Shown here: one piece after another, positions 20,456 to 29,185 of the stretch
Numbering within the stretch: position 1 is the first letter of the stretch
Layout: every line of letters begins with the position of its first letter
Assembly (NCBI GenBank): GCA_038230515.1
Contig: JBBRND010000024.1
Coordinates: 845-64,844, forward strand
Source of the DNA: Bacteroidia bacterium
Lineage (GTDB): Bacteria > Bacteroidota > Bacteroidia > AKYH767-A > 2013-40CM-41-45
DNA: 64,000 nt
Reading direction: 5' to 3'
The notes under the pieces: generated by a model
The model's database searches: none
What the model saw: the letters and a program-made list of their open reading frames with translations, nothing else
Told to the model about the DNA's origin: nothing
Program-made: the position numbers and the translations under genes

Positions 20456-20773
20456 TTACTTAGATTTCGATATTAAATATTTAGCCCTGACCAGAACCCA
20501 ATGATTCTGCCCAAATTTTTCTTTGATGTGCGACAATAATTTCTTTTGCAAAGTAAAGGCCAAGACCGGAGCCCCGGTATTAACTTTTCTTCCAGATCCC
20601 CGAGAAAATTTTTCGAATAGTTTAGGAATGTTCTCCTTGGAAATACCAATTCCGCTGTCGGAGATCGCGACCCAAATCTTCCCATTATTATAATGAGAAA
20701 GTTCAACTTTAATAAATCCTCTTTCTATGTACTTTATTGAATTGTCAATGAAGTTCAATAGGACCTGCCTCAT
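20456..20773 (-). pseudogene. Histidine-kinase HATPase_c fragment (gene remnant)
   Basis: 'ISDSGIGISKENIPKLFEKFSRG' G1/G2-box-like motifs with no upstream HisKA/sensor region. Only 105 aa. Confidence 0.45.
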
Positions 20774-20774
20774 T

Positions 20775-21218
20775 TTAACGGAGTCGGCACATTGATAAAA
20801 TAATGAACTCCTGATTTTTTGGAAGCAGAAAAAACTTCGTTATCCGGGGAAAGACATACCCGTAGAAATCCGCTCCTGCAAGTGCAGTATCCAAAAAATA
20901 AAACCGTGGTTTAGCAGGATCAGTCACGTCAAGTAGGAACGCTGACGGAGTAAACCCGTTCTCAAATAAAGATTCACTTTTCTTCGGCATCGGTATCAGG
21001 AATGTCTGCTGTCCGAAAAGAGTTCTGCAATTATCGAGTACCAGTTTCTCCATCTCCTTTGCTGATCGAAATTTCTCTTCGATAGGAGCATTGGAATGAG
21101 AATACTCTGTTGACAGTTGATGAAGTGTATTTCCTGAGAGGAGATACGATTGTCCTAAAATTACTTTCTCTGAAGAAAGCACTTGGCTGGTATCAGCCGT
21201 TGATTGCTCTTTTTTCAT
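20775..21218 (-). pseudogene. N-terminal fragment (147 aa) of a paralog of the 363-aa gene at 31688..32779, with the same conserved promoter region
   Basis: Protein aligns with residues 1-135 of the 31688..32779 product (MKKEQ...LDNCRTLFGQQT...RFYFLDT). The upstream DNA at 21219-21300 is homologous to 32780-32860. Confidence 0.5.
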
Positions 21219-21489
21219 AATAAATAGATTTTAAATTTTGAAGAAATTATCTTCAAAGATTTTATTCCATTTGTAAAAAATGCCAAGAGCAAAAATCAGT
21301 CTGAAGTATATTTAAAATTTTGTCCAGTGGAGGTGAAGGGAAGTGAACAAATAAAGCGATTGAAGCAAAAAAGTCGGATCATGTTAATCTGTGCCCAATA
21401 AAGTAGATTCGATTTAAATCTTACGGGCAATTAAACAATTCAGAAAACTACGATTTGAAATTACTGATGCAGGCAGCTTCCATAATCTC

Positions 21490-21687
21490 ATGATAAGCAA
21501 GCACGCTCTTGAAATGAAAAATGGCATGAAATATATCCTGCATTACTACGATACAAAAGGATACAAGAAAAAATATCTGGTCGGATTGTACACGCCGCTT
21601 CGTGATTTTTATAAGACTGACATTCTATTTCTCTTCTGGGATGAAATGCTGAGTGTCCTCGAAAAGATGGAAGCAGAACAAGTATGA
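21490..21687 (+). pseudogene. Fragment paralogous to the C-terminal half of the 16763..17107 ORF
   Basis: 'NLMISKHALEMKNGMKYILHYYDTKGYKKKYL...' aligns with 'NLMIQKKALSKKMGMKYISLYYNAEKYKQKFL...'. Confidence 0.4.
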
Positions 21688-22488
21688 AGCCACCCCTCAC
21701 GTACTACGGGGGAAAGCAAAAGCTAGCTAAATATATTTTACCACTCATATCTAAGCATAAGCTTTACTGCGAGCCGTTCTTTGGAGGAGGTGTTATCTTC
21801 TTCGCAAAGGAGCCATATGAAATTGAAGTTATCAATGACACCAATGGCGACCTGATCAATTTTTACAGTGTAGTCAAGAATCGTTTTAATGCCCTCAAGA
21901 AAGAAGTTAGGGTGACACTTCCGAGCAGAGAGCACCATCACACGGCAAAGCTTGTTATAGGTTATCCTACGCTCTTTAATGATGTGAAGCGCGCGTGGGG
22001 CAATCTGGACACTAGCGAATCAGAGCTATGCGTCTCGACTTGCTAACTCATCGGGCTTTGACCGGAAAAGAAATACTTCTGCAAAACGCCACTACCATAA
22101 GCATAAGAACTTCATTCGTGACTACTAAAAAAGGCTTGAACAGACCGAAATAGAAAACAGTGATGCAATACATGTCATCACCTCACGCGACAGCAAGAAC
22201 AGTTTTGTCTATTGTGATCCTCCCTACATCAATACGGACATGGGACATTATAAAAAGTATTCGAAACAGGATTTCGAAATCCTGCTACACACCTTGTCTT
22301 CAATCAAAGGAAAATTTTTGTTGAGTTCGTTTCATTCTCCATTACTCGCACGATTCACACAAAAAAATAAATGGAACACAAAGAAAATTGATATGCCTCT
22401 TAACGTGACAGCCAAATACAAAAGGCATAGCCGCAAGCAGGAAGTCATCACAACAAATTACCGACAGCCGGCTCGTTTGCAAAATTAA
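21684..22488 (+). pseudogene. Dam-like adenine methyltransferase pseudogene (frameshift near 22030 and TCA>TAA nonsense at 22127-22129)
   Basis: The first 120 aa are ~80% identical to the 17104 Dam. The reading frame is then lost. The downstream frame still encodes 'VYCDPPYINTDMGHYKK...', interrupted by 'DY*KRLE'. Confidence 0.7.
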
Positions 22489-23393
22489 CTGTAAAAGAGT
22501 TGTAGATTTCCTGATTTTCTCTTTGCAACATAGCAGGGAAAAGGATCAACATATCCAAAAGCAAACGTTTCCTTTGCTTCATCGCTACAATATGAATACA
22601 CTGTGACCTTTGAAACAGCAAACTGGAATTCCTGAATTTGCCCGTCAGTTAATTGAAAAGTGGAGTCCAGATGCAGTGTTAATTGTTCTTTTGGAATAGC
22701 ATCAGGACCCCCGACTGTGCGCACAGATAAATGTCCCGAGACTAATTGCCCGTCATACAGCTTCAGCCGCATATCATGCAAATTGCAATAAAAGCATAAT
22801 AAGATTTCATCACTATATTCTAATATTTTCGCACTATAGACGTCCTCAATATTTAGCTTTTTAGAGATTTCCCGCACTGTTAGAAAAAGGTCTGCAATAA
22901 GATTATCCTGCGTTAAGGCGGGTTTCGGGACTTTTGAAGTCATGGCCGCGATAAATAATTTTTCGAGCGTCAGTGCTTCGGCTAGATTCTGCAATTGGAA
23001 GATCGCGTCTGTTTGAGCGTATGCTGTCTTGATGAAGGCGATACCTTCATTCGAGGTCATACCGGTAACCATTTGAACTCGTAACGAATCAGATTCTGCA
23101 ACGGTGGACAACATAACCTCATAAACCTTTTTATTTATTTTATCTAAACTGATTACATTAAAAGCAACTTGTAATTGAATGTAAAACCTATCTATAAATT
23201 CCAATGAAATACCCCTATCCCTTTTATCTGGATGCGCCAGAAAGTTTGCGACTTCATAAAGTTCAATTCTGTGCCGACAGTATTGCCGAATATCAATCAG
23301 AAATAATCTTATATTTTCATCTTCGAATGTACGATCTCTGATTCGATTCAAGTTCCGAATAATCGACTCCGATAATTTTTTAGGGATATCCAT
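22485..23393 (-). CDS. Hypothetical protein (302 aa)
   Basis: Long clean ORF with no recognisable motif. It occupies the position where the first module copy carries ardC. Confidence 0.4.
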   Translation of the reverse strand: MDIPKKLSESIIRNLNRIRDRTFEDENIRLFLIDIRQYCRHRIELYEVANFLAHPDKRDRGISLEFIDRFYIQLQVAFNVISLDKINKKVYEVMLSTVAESDSLRVQMVTGMTSNEGIAFIKTAYAQTDAIFQLQNLAEALTLEKLFIAAMTSKVPKPALTQDNLIADLFLTVREISKKLNIEDVYSAKILEYSDEILLCFYCNLHDMRLKLYDGQLVSGHLSVRTVGGPDAIPKEQLTLHLDSTFQLTDGQIQEFQFAVSKVTVYSYCSDEAKETFAFGYVDPFPCYVAKRKSGNLQLFYS

Positions 23394-23478
23394 TTCATAA
23401 ATTTAAAAATTGCTCCAATGTAAGTCATTACTTTCTATTTCCATACTCAGTTCTTCAAACAATTAAATCAAACTCATT

Positions 23479-23694
23479 ATGGAAAATTCAAAACAGACTG
23501 CATCTCGCAGGCAGATGAAAGTGTATCGAGGACATTTCGTTTTAAAATACGGACGCGTATTCAAAGCGCATCCTGTCATTCGTTTGGGAGGCATCTATTT
23601 GTCTGCACTGGATTTTCAAATCTGAGATGAAATTGAAGTGAGTACATTGAGAGGAATAATTCTCATCACGAAAGTTCAGAGAAATTATGTCTGA
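23479..23694 (+). pseudogene. SymE-like gene remnant fused to the first codons of ardC (MENxxQT...) with an in-frame TGA at 23623-23625
   Basis: 'MENSKQTASRRQMKVYRGHFVLKYGRVFKAHPVIRLGGIYLSALDFQI*DEIEV' compared with the copy-1 'MENANQTVQ...' (ArdC start) and 'KVYRGHFCLRFGHVYKSHPVIRLGGIYLSALDFQIGDEIEV' (SymE). Confidence 0.5.
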
Positions 23695-23895
23695 TTTATA
23701 AAACAATGATATAGCTCGGTGAATCGTATTTATAAGTGGACATGTTATGTGTCCACTTTTTAGTTTTCCGTAGCTTTACTTATTAACATATCGAAAAATA
23801 ACGTAATGAACTTTAGATAGTTGGATTTGTTGATAAAAAAATTTGGTAAACGATAAATGATATTCGTACTTTTGTACACAAACAAACTAATGTAA

Positions 23896-24966
23896 ATGAG
23901 CAGTTTATTTTATAAAAAATTATCTACAGCAAGAAAGATGTCAGGACTTTCTCTGCAAGAATTAGCTGATAGAACTGGAGTATCAAAAAGCGCAATTTTC
24001 AAATATGAAAATAATGAAATGATGCCCGACAGCGCGTCCTTGATCCGGCTTTCTGAGATACTGGATGTAAACATGGGATATTTTTTTAACGATGAATTAT
24101 CTGGCAATATAGAATTAATCGATATTGAATACAGAGAAGAATTCAAGTTGGGTGATACCGAAATTGATACCATAAAAAAAAATGTGGAAAATTACCTTGA
24201 GCGTCTTTTCGAGTTAGAGAAAGTTGCGGATGTTGCTCCTGAAAGATTTAAAAATCCAGTCGAGGGAATACGAATAAAATCTGTGAGTGATGTGACAAAA
24301 GCAGTGAAGGTACTGAGAAGAAAATGGCAGATAGCAACCACAGCTATTTCTAATGTAATTGGTTTGATTGAAAGTAAAGGTATAAAAGTTTATCAAATTC
24401 TTCAGTCGGAAAAATTCGAAGGATTTTCTGCCTGGGCGGGTGAAGTGCCGGTAATTGTTGTCAATGGAAATATCCAAGAAGTAACTCGAGTGCGCTTCAC
24501 AGCACTTCATGAACTTGGGCATATTGTATTGTGCGTTGAAGATGATTTATCAGATGAGAAGATTGAAAGGATCTGTGATGCTTTTGCTGGTGCGATGTTA
24601 TTTCCAGATGACTTGGTTGTTGCTGAACTCGGGAGTAATAGAAAAAAAATTTCACTCGAAGAATTAAAGTTAGTAAAGGAGAAATACGGAATATCCATTC
24701 AGGCAATTATGGTAAGGGCAGCAAATGTTTCAATAATAAGCTGGGATACATACAATAAATGGAAACAATATTATTTATCGCTGACAGGAACTAATCAAGA
24801 TTTTGGAAAATTTAGTTCTGATGAATCCCCAAAAAGATTTAGTCAAATGTTGTTTAATTGTATTGCGGAGGAAAAAATTTCAATTGCCCGTGCTGCAGTG
24901 CTATCGGATAAAAAAATTAGCACTCTTAAAAAAGAAAAAATAATACATGAATGCTTCTACAATTAG
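23896..24966 (+). CDS. XRE-family HTH fused to an ImmA/IrrE-type zinc metallopeptidase (COG2856-like)
   Basis: N-terminal 'LSLQELADRTGVSKSAIFKYENNEMMP' HTH. 'ALHELGHIVL' HExxH motif in the C-terminal domain. Confidence 0.7.
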   Translation: MSSLFYKKLSTARKMSGLSLQELADRTGVSKSAIFKYENNEMMPDSASLIRLSEILDVNMGYFFNDELSGNIELIDIEYREEFKLGDTEIDTIKKNVENYLERLFELEKVADVAPERFKNPVEGIRIKSVSDVTKAVKVLRRKWQIATTAISNVIGLIESKGIKVYQILQSEKFEGFSAWAGEVPVIVVNGNIQEVTRVRFTALHELGHIVLCVEDDLSDEKIERICDAFAGAMLFPDDLVVAELGSNRKKISLEELKLVKEKYGISIQAIMVRAANVSIISWDTYNKWKQYYLSLTGTNQDFGKFSSDESPKRFSQMLFNCIAEEKISIARAAVLSDKKISTLKKEKIIHECFYN

Positions 24967-24972
24967 AAATAT

Positions 24973-25359
24973 ATGATTGCTATCTTTAATGACCCCGATG
25001 ACATAAGCCTTTTCCGCGCTTCCATCAGAAAAAATGATGGGAGTGAACTTGATTTTTTTGTTTCGGATTTGACACTACATGAACATGGGAAATCCTTTTT
25101 TCTCAACCTAAAAATTGAGTTCGTTAAGGAGGTTTCATTTAACGGAGGTGAGATGAAGAGCATCGTAAATTTGTACCATGAGAACAACAAAAATTATTCA
25201 ATCGGTAATTGCTCGAATTTATTTTTTGCCCAGCAACATCATGCCCTTATAATAACAAACGATGCGATAATTGTGGCTATTGCAAGAAAGTATCGTTTAG
25301 AAGCCATCTCCACAAAGTATCTCAAAAAAACTCTCAGATTAATTTCAATAAAACAATAA
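24973..25359 (+). CDS. Hypothetical protein downstream of ImmA/IrrE (possible PIN-like/DUF4411-type partner)
   Basis: 128 aa with 'HALIITNDAIIVAIARKYRLEAIS' near the C-terminus. Only weak resemblance to PIN-like folds. Confidence 0.3.
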   Translation: MIAIFNDPDDISLFRASIRKNDGSELDFFVSDLTLHEHGKSFFLNLKIEFVKEVSFNGGEMKSIVNLYHENNKNYSIGNCSNLFFAQQHHALIITNDAIIVAIARKYRLEAISTKYLKKTLRLISIKQ

Positions 25360-25663
25360 AAATAAAAAATATGAAATAAAAAACCGGCCCGAAGACCGGC
25401 TGTAATTTTGATCGTAAGTCTGAATTCAGAACTTTAGGAAGGTCACTGAATTCTGATGCAAAGAAAAGTATTCTTTCTTTACCAAACAAATCTTTTCAGC
25501 TTCATCGCCCGGGAAATCTCCCAAACCTGAATTCACCATTTGGCGTGAGCCAAATCTGTGGCTATAATTCATGTGCCCAAAATTATTTCTGTGAAAAGTT
25601 TCTGACGCTTGTAGCCTGCATTGAAATATTTCACTTTGTTTCAAATCAAAATTATTATTAAAA

Positions 25664-26107
25664 ATGAAAAATAATACAATTAAATTTATAATTAACGACA
25701 AGCATTTTGAATCCGATGAACAGTACATTCTAGGTGCTAAAGTTCGGGCAATAGGAAACATATCGAAGGATGATGAAATCTTCCTTGCTATCAAACGCCC
25801 GTGGGAAGACGAGTCAATTGCTGATGATACGAAAGTTGATTTAGCGCGTCCCGGTATTGAACATTTCTTCTCCAAAAAACATGGCGAAGAGAAGTTGGTT
25901 TCAATTTATGTTGACAACATCGAAAAGAAAATCTCACGTGGTAAACACTCCGTTGCTGAGATAAAAAAAATCGGTGGTGTTCCTGCTTCATATGAATTGG
26001 AAGAGGTAATTGATGGAAAGCTCACACCGCTTGATGACAACGCAGTAGTGCTAATTAAAGGGGGTGAAAAGTTTTTCGGTCATGTTCGCGATGGTTCCTC
26101 ATCTTAA
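25664..26107 (+). CDS. Multiubiquitin-domain protein (ubiquitin-like modifier of a Bil-like / 6E-type conjugation system)
   Basis: 147 aa, predicted beta-grasp-rich, ends in '...KGGEKFFGHVRDGSSS'. Directly followed by E2-like and JAB-E1 genes. Confidence 0.5.
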   Translation: MKNNTIKFIINDKHFESDEQYILGAKVRAIGNISKDDEIFLAIKRPWEDESIADDTKVDLARPGIEHFFSKKHGEEKLVSIYVDNIEKKISRGKHSVAEIKKIGGVPASYELEEVIDGKLTPLDDNAVVLIKGGEKFFGHVRDGSSS

Positions 26108-26115
26108 TTTCAGCT

Positions 26116-26451
26116 ATGAACTTTGACGAGAATCAAATTGCCGAGTTAAAGCAGATAACCCCTGACCTGAGTTGTGCTCAGGAAGGGGGTTATAACTACA
26201 TCTTAATAAAAGATCTTCGCTTGCCTGATAATTGCAAGCCCGAAGTGGTTGATGCATTGCTGTGTTCAACACCAAGAGATGGTTACGAGTCAAGATTATT
26301 TTTTTCTGCACTGATTACCGGATGCCACCAAAGGAATTGGAATGGAAACATTCGAGTGTTAGAAGGAAACTGGTATGCAGTTTCTTGGAAGGTTCCGGGC
26401 GGGCTGAAGCTTGCTGAGATATTAATGGTCCATCTTAAAGCATTACGATGA
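26116..26451 (+). CDS. Prokaryotic E2-like (UBC-fold) protein, putative
   Basis: 111-aa ORF with conserved Cys candidates ('LLCSTPRDGY', 'ITGCHQRNW'). Its stop overlaps the JAB-E1 start (ATGA). Confidence 0.45.
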   Translation: MNFDENQIAELKQITPDLSCAQEGGYNYILIKDLRLPDNCKPEVVDALLCSTPRDGYESRLFFSALITGCHQRNWNGNIRVLEGNWYAVSWKVPGGLKLAEILMVHLKALR

Positions 26452-27783
26452 ATGAGAAATAAATACAAAGTATGGTTCAAAATACCAAAGCAAATTCATT
26501 TGAAGATGCTTGGTGATTTAAGAAGATCTCATTCGTTCGCTTACGAAAGAGTGGGTTTTTTATTTACGACTTCGAAGTTACTTTCAGATAACACCATTCT
26601 TGTTTTGGCAAAAGATTATTCTCCAGTCGATGATAAAAATTACATTGATGACAATAAAGTTGGTGCAAAAATAAACTCAACTGCTATTCGGAACGCAATG
26701 CAAAGAGTCATGGAAAATAACGAGGGGTGTTTTCATGTTCATTTGCACAATCATACAGGTGCTACCTATCCAAGCCGCACTGACGAAGTAGGATTACCAC
26801 CAGTAGCAAAAAGTTTCGCTAACGTTTCTCCGAATCAGGCGAGCGGAATTTTAATATTAAGCGAAGATTCTTTTTACGCATCAGTAATTTGTCCAAACGA
26901 AAAAAAATTTATTACTCCTGAATTGATTTCAGTTGTCGGTTATCCTCTTAATCTATGTTTCCCGGGAGCAAAAATGAATGCAAGAAGAAAATCACTCGAC
27001 AGGCAATCATTCCTCGGAGTAAAGTCTCAGCATGTTTTTGAAAACATAAAAGTTGGAATTATTGGATATGGAGGAGGGGGTTCTCACATTGGTCAGCAAC
27101 TCGCACATCTGGGGGTAAAGAACATTTTAATTTTTGATGACGACAAAGTTGAAGAAACTAATCTTAACCGTTTAATAGGTGCATGGTTTAGTGATGTAAA
27201 AAAAGCTGTCTTAAAAATAAATGTAGCCAAGCGAATTATTAAAAAAATTCTTCCTTCAGTTCAGATAGTTTGTATAAATAAAAGATGGCAGGAAAAAGCT
27301 GAACTTTTACAACTCTGCGATGTAGTTTTCGGAAGTGCTGATACTTATGCAGAACGTCAGCAATTAGAAGCTGAGTGTAGACGCTATCTGATACCTTTAA
27401 TTGATATCGGAATGGATGTGCATATATTGGATAATGCGTATGAAATGTCTGGACAAATAATTCTCTCAATGCCGGGTTCACCGTGCATGAAATGTTTTGG
27501 TTTTCTAACCGACAAAAAGCTGGCGTTAGAAGCAGCAAAGTACGGAGATGTCGGGGGAAGACCACAAGTTGTCTGGGCAAACGGTGTGTTAGCGTCTACG
27601 GCTGTCGGAGCATTTGTGGATTTAGCCACTGGCTGGACAAAGACAGAGGACAAACTTATTTATCTGTCATATGGTGGAAATAAAGGAACACTGGGTAACC
27701 ACATTCGATTGGAATATGCTGAAAAAATTTGTACTCACTATACATTTGATCAGTTAGGGGTACCTGTTTTTAAAAAATTCTAA
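26452..27783 (+). CDS. JAB/MPN deubiquitinase-like domain fused to an E1-like (ThiF/MoeB) adenylyltransferase
   Basis: JAMM motif 'HVHLHNHTGATYPSRTDE' in the N-terminal half. Rossmann 'VGIIGYGGGGSHIGQQLAHLGVKNILIFDDDKVEETNLNRL' E1 motif in the C-terminal half. Confidence 0.75.
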   Translation: MRNKYKVWFKIPKQIHLKMLGDLRRSHSFAYERVGFLFTTSKLLSDNTILVLAKDYSPVDDKNYIDDNKVGAKINSTAIRNAMQRVMENNEGCFHVHLHNHTGATYPSRTDEVGLPPVAKSFANVSPNQASGILILSEDSFYASVICPNEKKFITPELISVVGYPLNLCFPGAKMNARRKSLDRQSFLGVKSQHVFENIKVGIIGYGGGGSHIGQQLAHLGVKNILIFDDDKVEETNLNRLIGAWFSDVKKAVLKINVAKRIIKKILPSVQIVCINKRWQEKAELLQLCDVVFGSADTYAERQQLEAECRRYLIPLIDIGMDVHILDNAYEMSGQIILSMPGSPCMKCFGFLTDKKLALEAAKYGDVGGRPQVVWANGVLASTAVGAFVDLATGWTKTEDKLIYLSYGGNKGTLGNHIRLEYAEKICTHYTFDQLGVPVFKKF

Positions 27784-27825
27784 AATTTATTATTATTATT
27801 ATTATTCCATCTTATACAATAAAAA

Positions 27826-27852
27826 AAGCCACCCTGTTACGGATGGCTCTCT
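27826..27852 (-). terminator. Hairpin + A/T tract terminator remnant at the 3' end of the truncated paralog
   Basis: 'aaaaaaagccaccctgttacggatggctc' is an imperfect version of the perfect hairpin at 31646-31676. Confidence 0.4.
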
Positions 27853-27862
27853 GTAGCATGAC

Positions 27863-28105
27863 TCACTTGTTCGCTATCATTTTCCTGAGCATGCCGATCA
27901 CTTCTTGTAAGTGAACAGAATTTTCAATAATCACCGAGCAACTTTCACCACCCCAGAATTTCTGAATGGACTCTTTCAAATTCTGCACTTTAAGATGCAT
28001 GATAATCTTTCGCGTGTCTTTTTCTGAGTGCATGATGACAAGATCAATTTTGCTCGTGCGCACAGGAAAGGAGGCATCATGGGAAGACAGAGGTGGCCAC
28101 AACAC
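27863..28105 (-). pseudogene. C-terminal fragment (80 aa) of a paralog of the 31688..32779 gene
   Basis: The last 37 aa are identical to the 363-aa protein ('KESIQKFWGGESCSVIIENSVHLQEVIGMLRKMIANK'). About 90 nt are 100% identical at the DNA level, with identity decaying upstream. Confidence 0.55.
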
Positions 28106-28216
28106 ATTTTTAGCTTGATGATGAATTAAACGGTAAGTGTTGAATTTTAATTTCTACATAAGTTTTCCGGACAGATTTCAATCGTAATTTGTGAACTCAA
28201 TCCGTCTAACATTCAA

Positions 28217-29167
28217 ATGAAAAAAATCATTTTTATCAGCTATTCGACATTGGATAATGACAAGGTGGAGATATTAATATCTGAATTAAGCGCAACTGAA
28301 AATTTAACTCCTCTAGTGATCGCAGCAAATCGAGAAGCATTGAAGCCCCTGGCAAATAAAGTTGCTGAAGGAATTAATGGCTCTTGGGTCATCGTTCCTG
28401 TAATTACAAAAAAATCAATGTCAACTCAATGGCTCAATCAGGAAATTGGGTATGCTCAAGCGCGCGGAGTAAAAATTATGCCTATTGTTGAGAAGGGAGT
28501 GATCAACGACTTAAAAGGATTTATACATAAACAAATTGATCTCCCTTACACCTTCCTTTTATCTGATTCCGATCATAATAATGACAACTTTCGGGCTGCG
28601 ATAAAAACATTGATTAATGATCTGGAAAAACATTTGCCTATAGTACCTAAAGTTGAACCTGTCAAAACTCCATTTGAAAAAAGTCTTGACTTGGCGGACA
28701 TCGTAGAAAAGGAACAGAGTTATAAAAAGGAGAAAGAAAAATTTCTTGGTTCTCACACCGCATTTGAAATGGCCCAGCAGGAGGTTCTCACAAATATGTT
28801 CAAAGAAATAAGAGAAAAGATCAACGCGCTTCATACTAGGAAAATGTTTTGCGGTACCGAGGAAGATAATCTGCAGTTTTTGTTTATGGTCAACTGTGAG
28901 GGCTTCAACTTGGTTATTCAATTCTATTTACCTTATTTTAATTCCCTCCAGGAGTCCATACTTTACGTAAAATACATGAGTTCTTACGCTCAACCAAAAG
29001 AGGTTAAAAACATGCAATTCATTTTCGATAAAAACGAAGCGGGGCAAATAGGCTGGTTAAATCTAAAGCAGCGCAAACTTTATCTCTCGCAGCAAATCGT
29101 TGATGATGGCTTCGCCTGGATAGTCGAACAAGTCTCATTGAAAAGAAAGGGAATAACGGAACTTTAA
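28217..29167 (+). CDS. TIR-domain protein (N-terminal TIR/TIR-like ~140 aa + C-terminal domain of unknown function)
   Basis: 'KIIFISYSTLDNDKVEILISEL' first strand and 'VIVPVITKKSMSTQWLNQEIGYAQ' (S..W...E, putative catalytic Glu) match TIR/DUF1863 patterns. Confidence 0.6.
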   Translation: MKKIIFISYSTLDNDKVEILISELSATENLTPLVIAANREALKPLANKVAEGINGSWVIVPVITKKSMSTQWLNQEIGYAQARGVKIMPIVEKGVINDLKGFIHKQIDLPYTFLLSDSDHNNDNFRAAIKTLINDLEKHLPIVPKVEPVKTPFEKSLDLADIVEKEQSYKKEKEKFLGSHTAFEMAQQEVLTNMFKEIREKINALHTRKMFCGTEEDNLQFLFMVNCEGFNLVIQFYLPYFNSLQESILYVKYMSSYAQPKEVKNMQFIFDKNEAGQIGWLNLKQRKLYLSQQIVDDGFAWIVEQVSLKRKGITEL

Positions 29168-29185
29168 CAATATTGATCTGAAAAA

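Noticed and set aside
20456-20773. Stand-alone histidine kinase gene
   Set aside because: Only the HATPase_c G-box region is present (105 aa) with no HisKA or sensor domain, and it abuts another gene fragment. Treated as a remnant rather than a functional kinase.
27789-27807. (TTA)6 microsatellite after the JAB-E1 gene
   Set aside because: Short AT-rich simple repeat in an intergenic spacer of an AT-rich genome, unlikely to be functional. Noted only as a possible slippage site.
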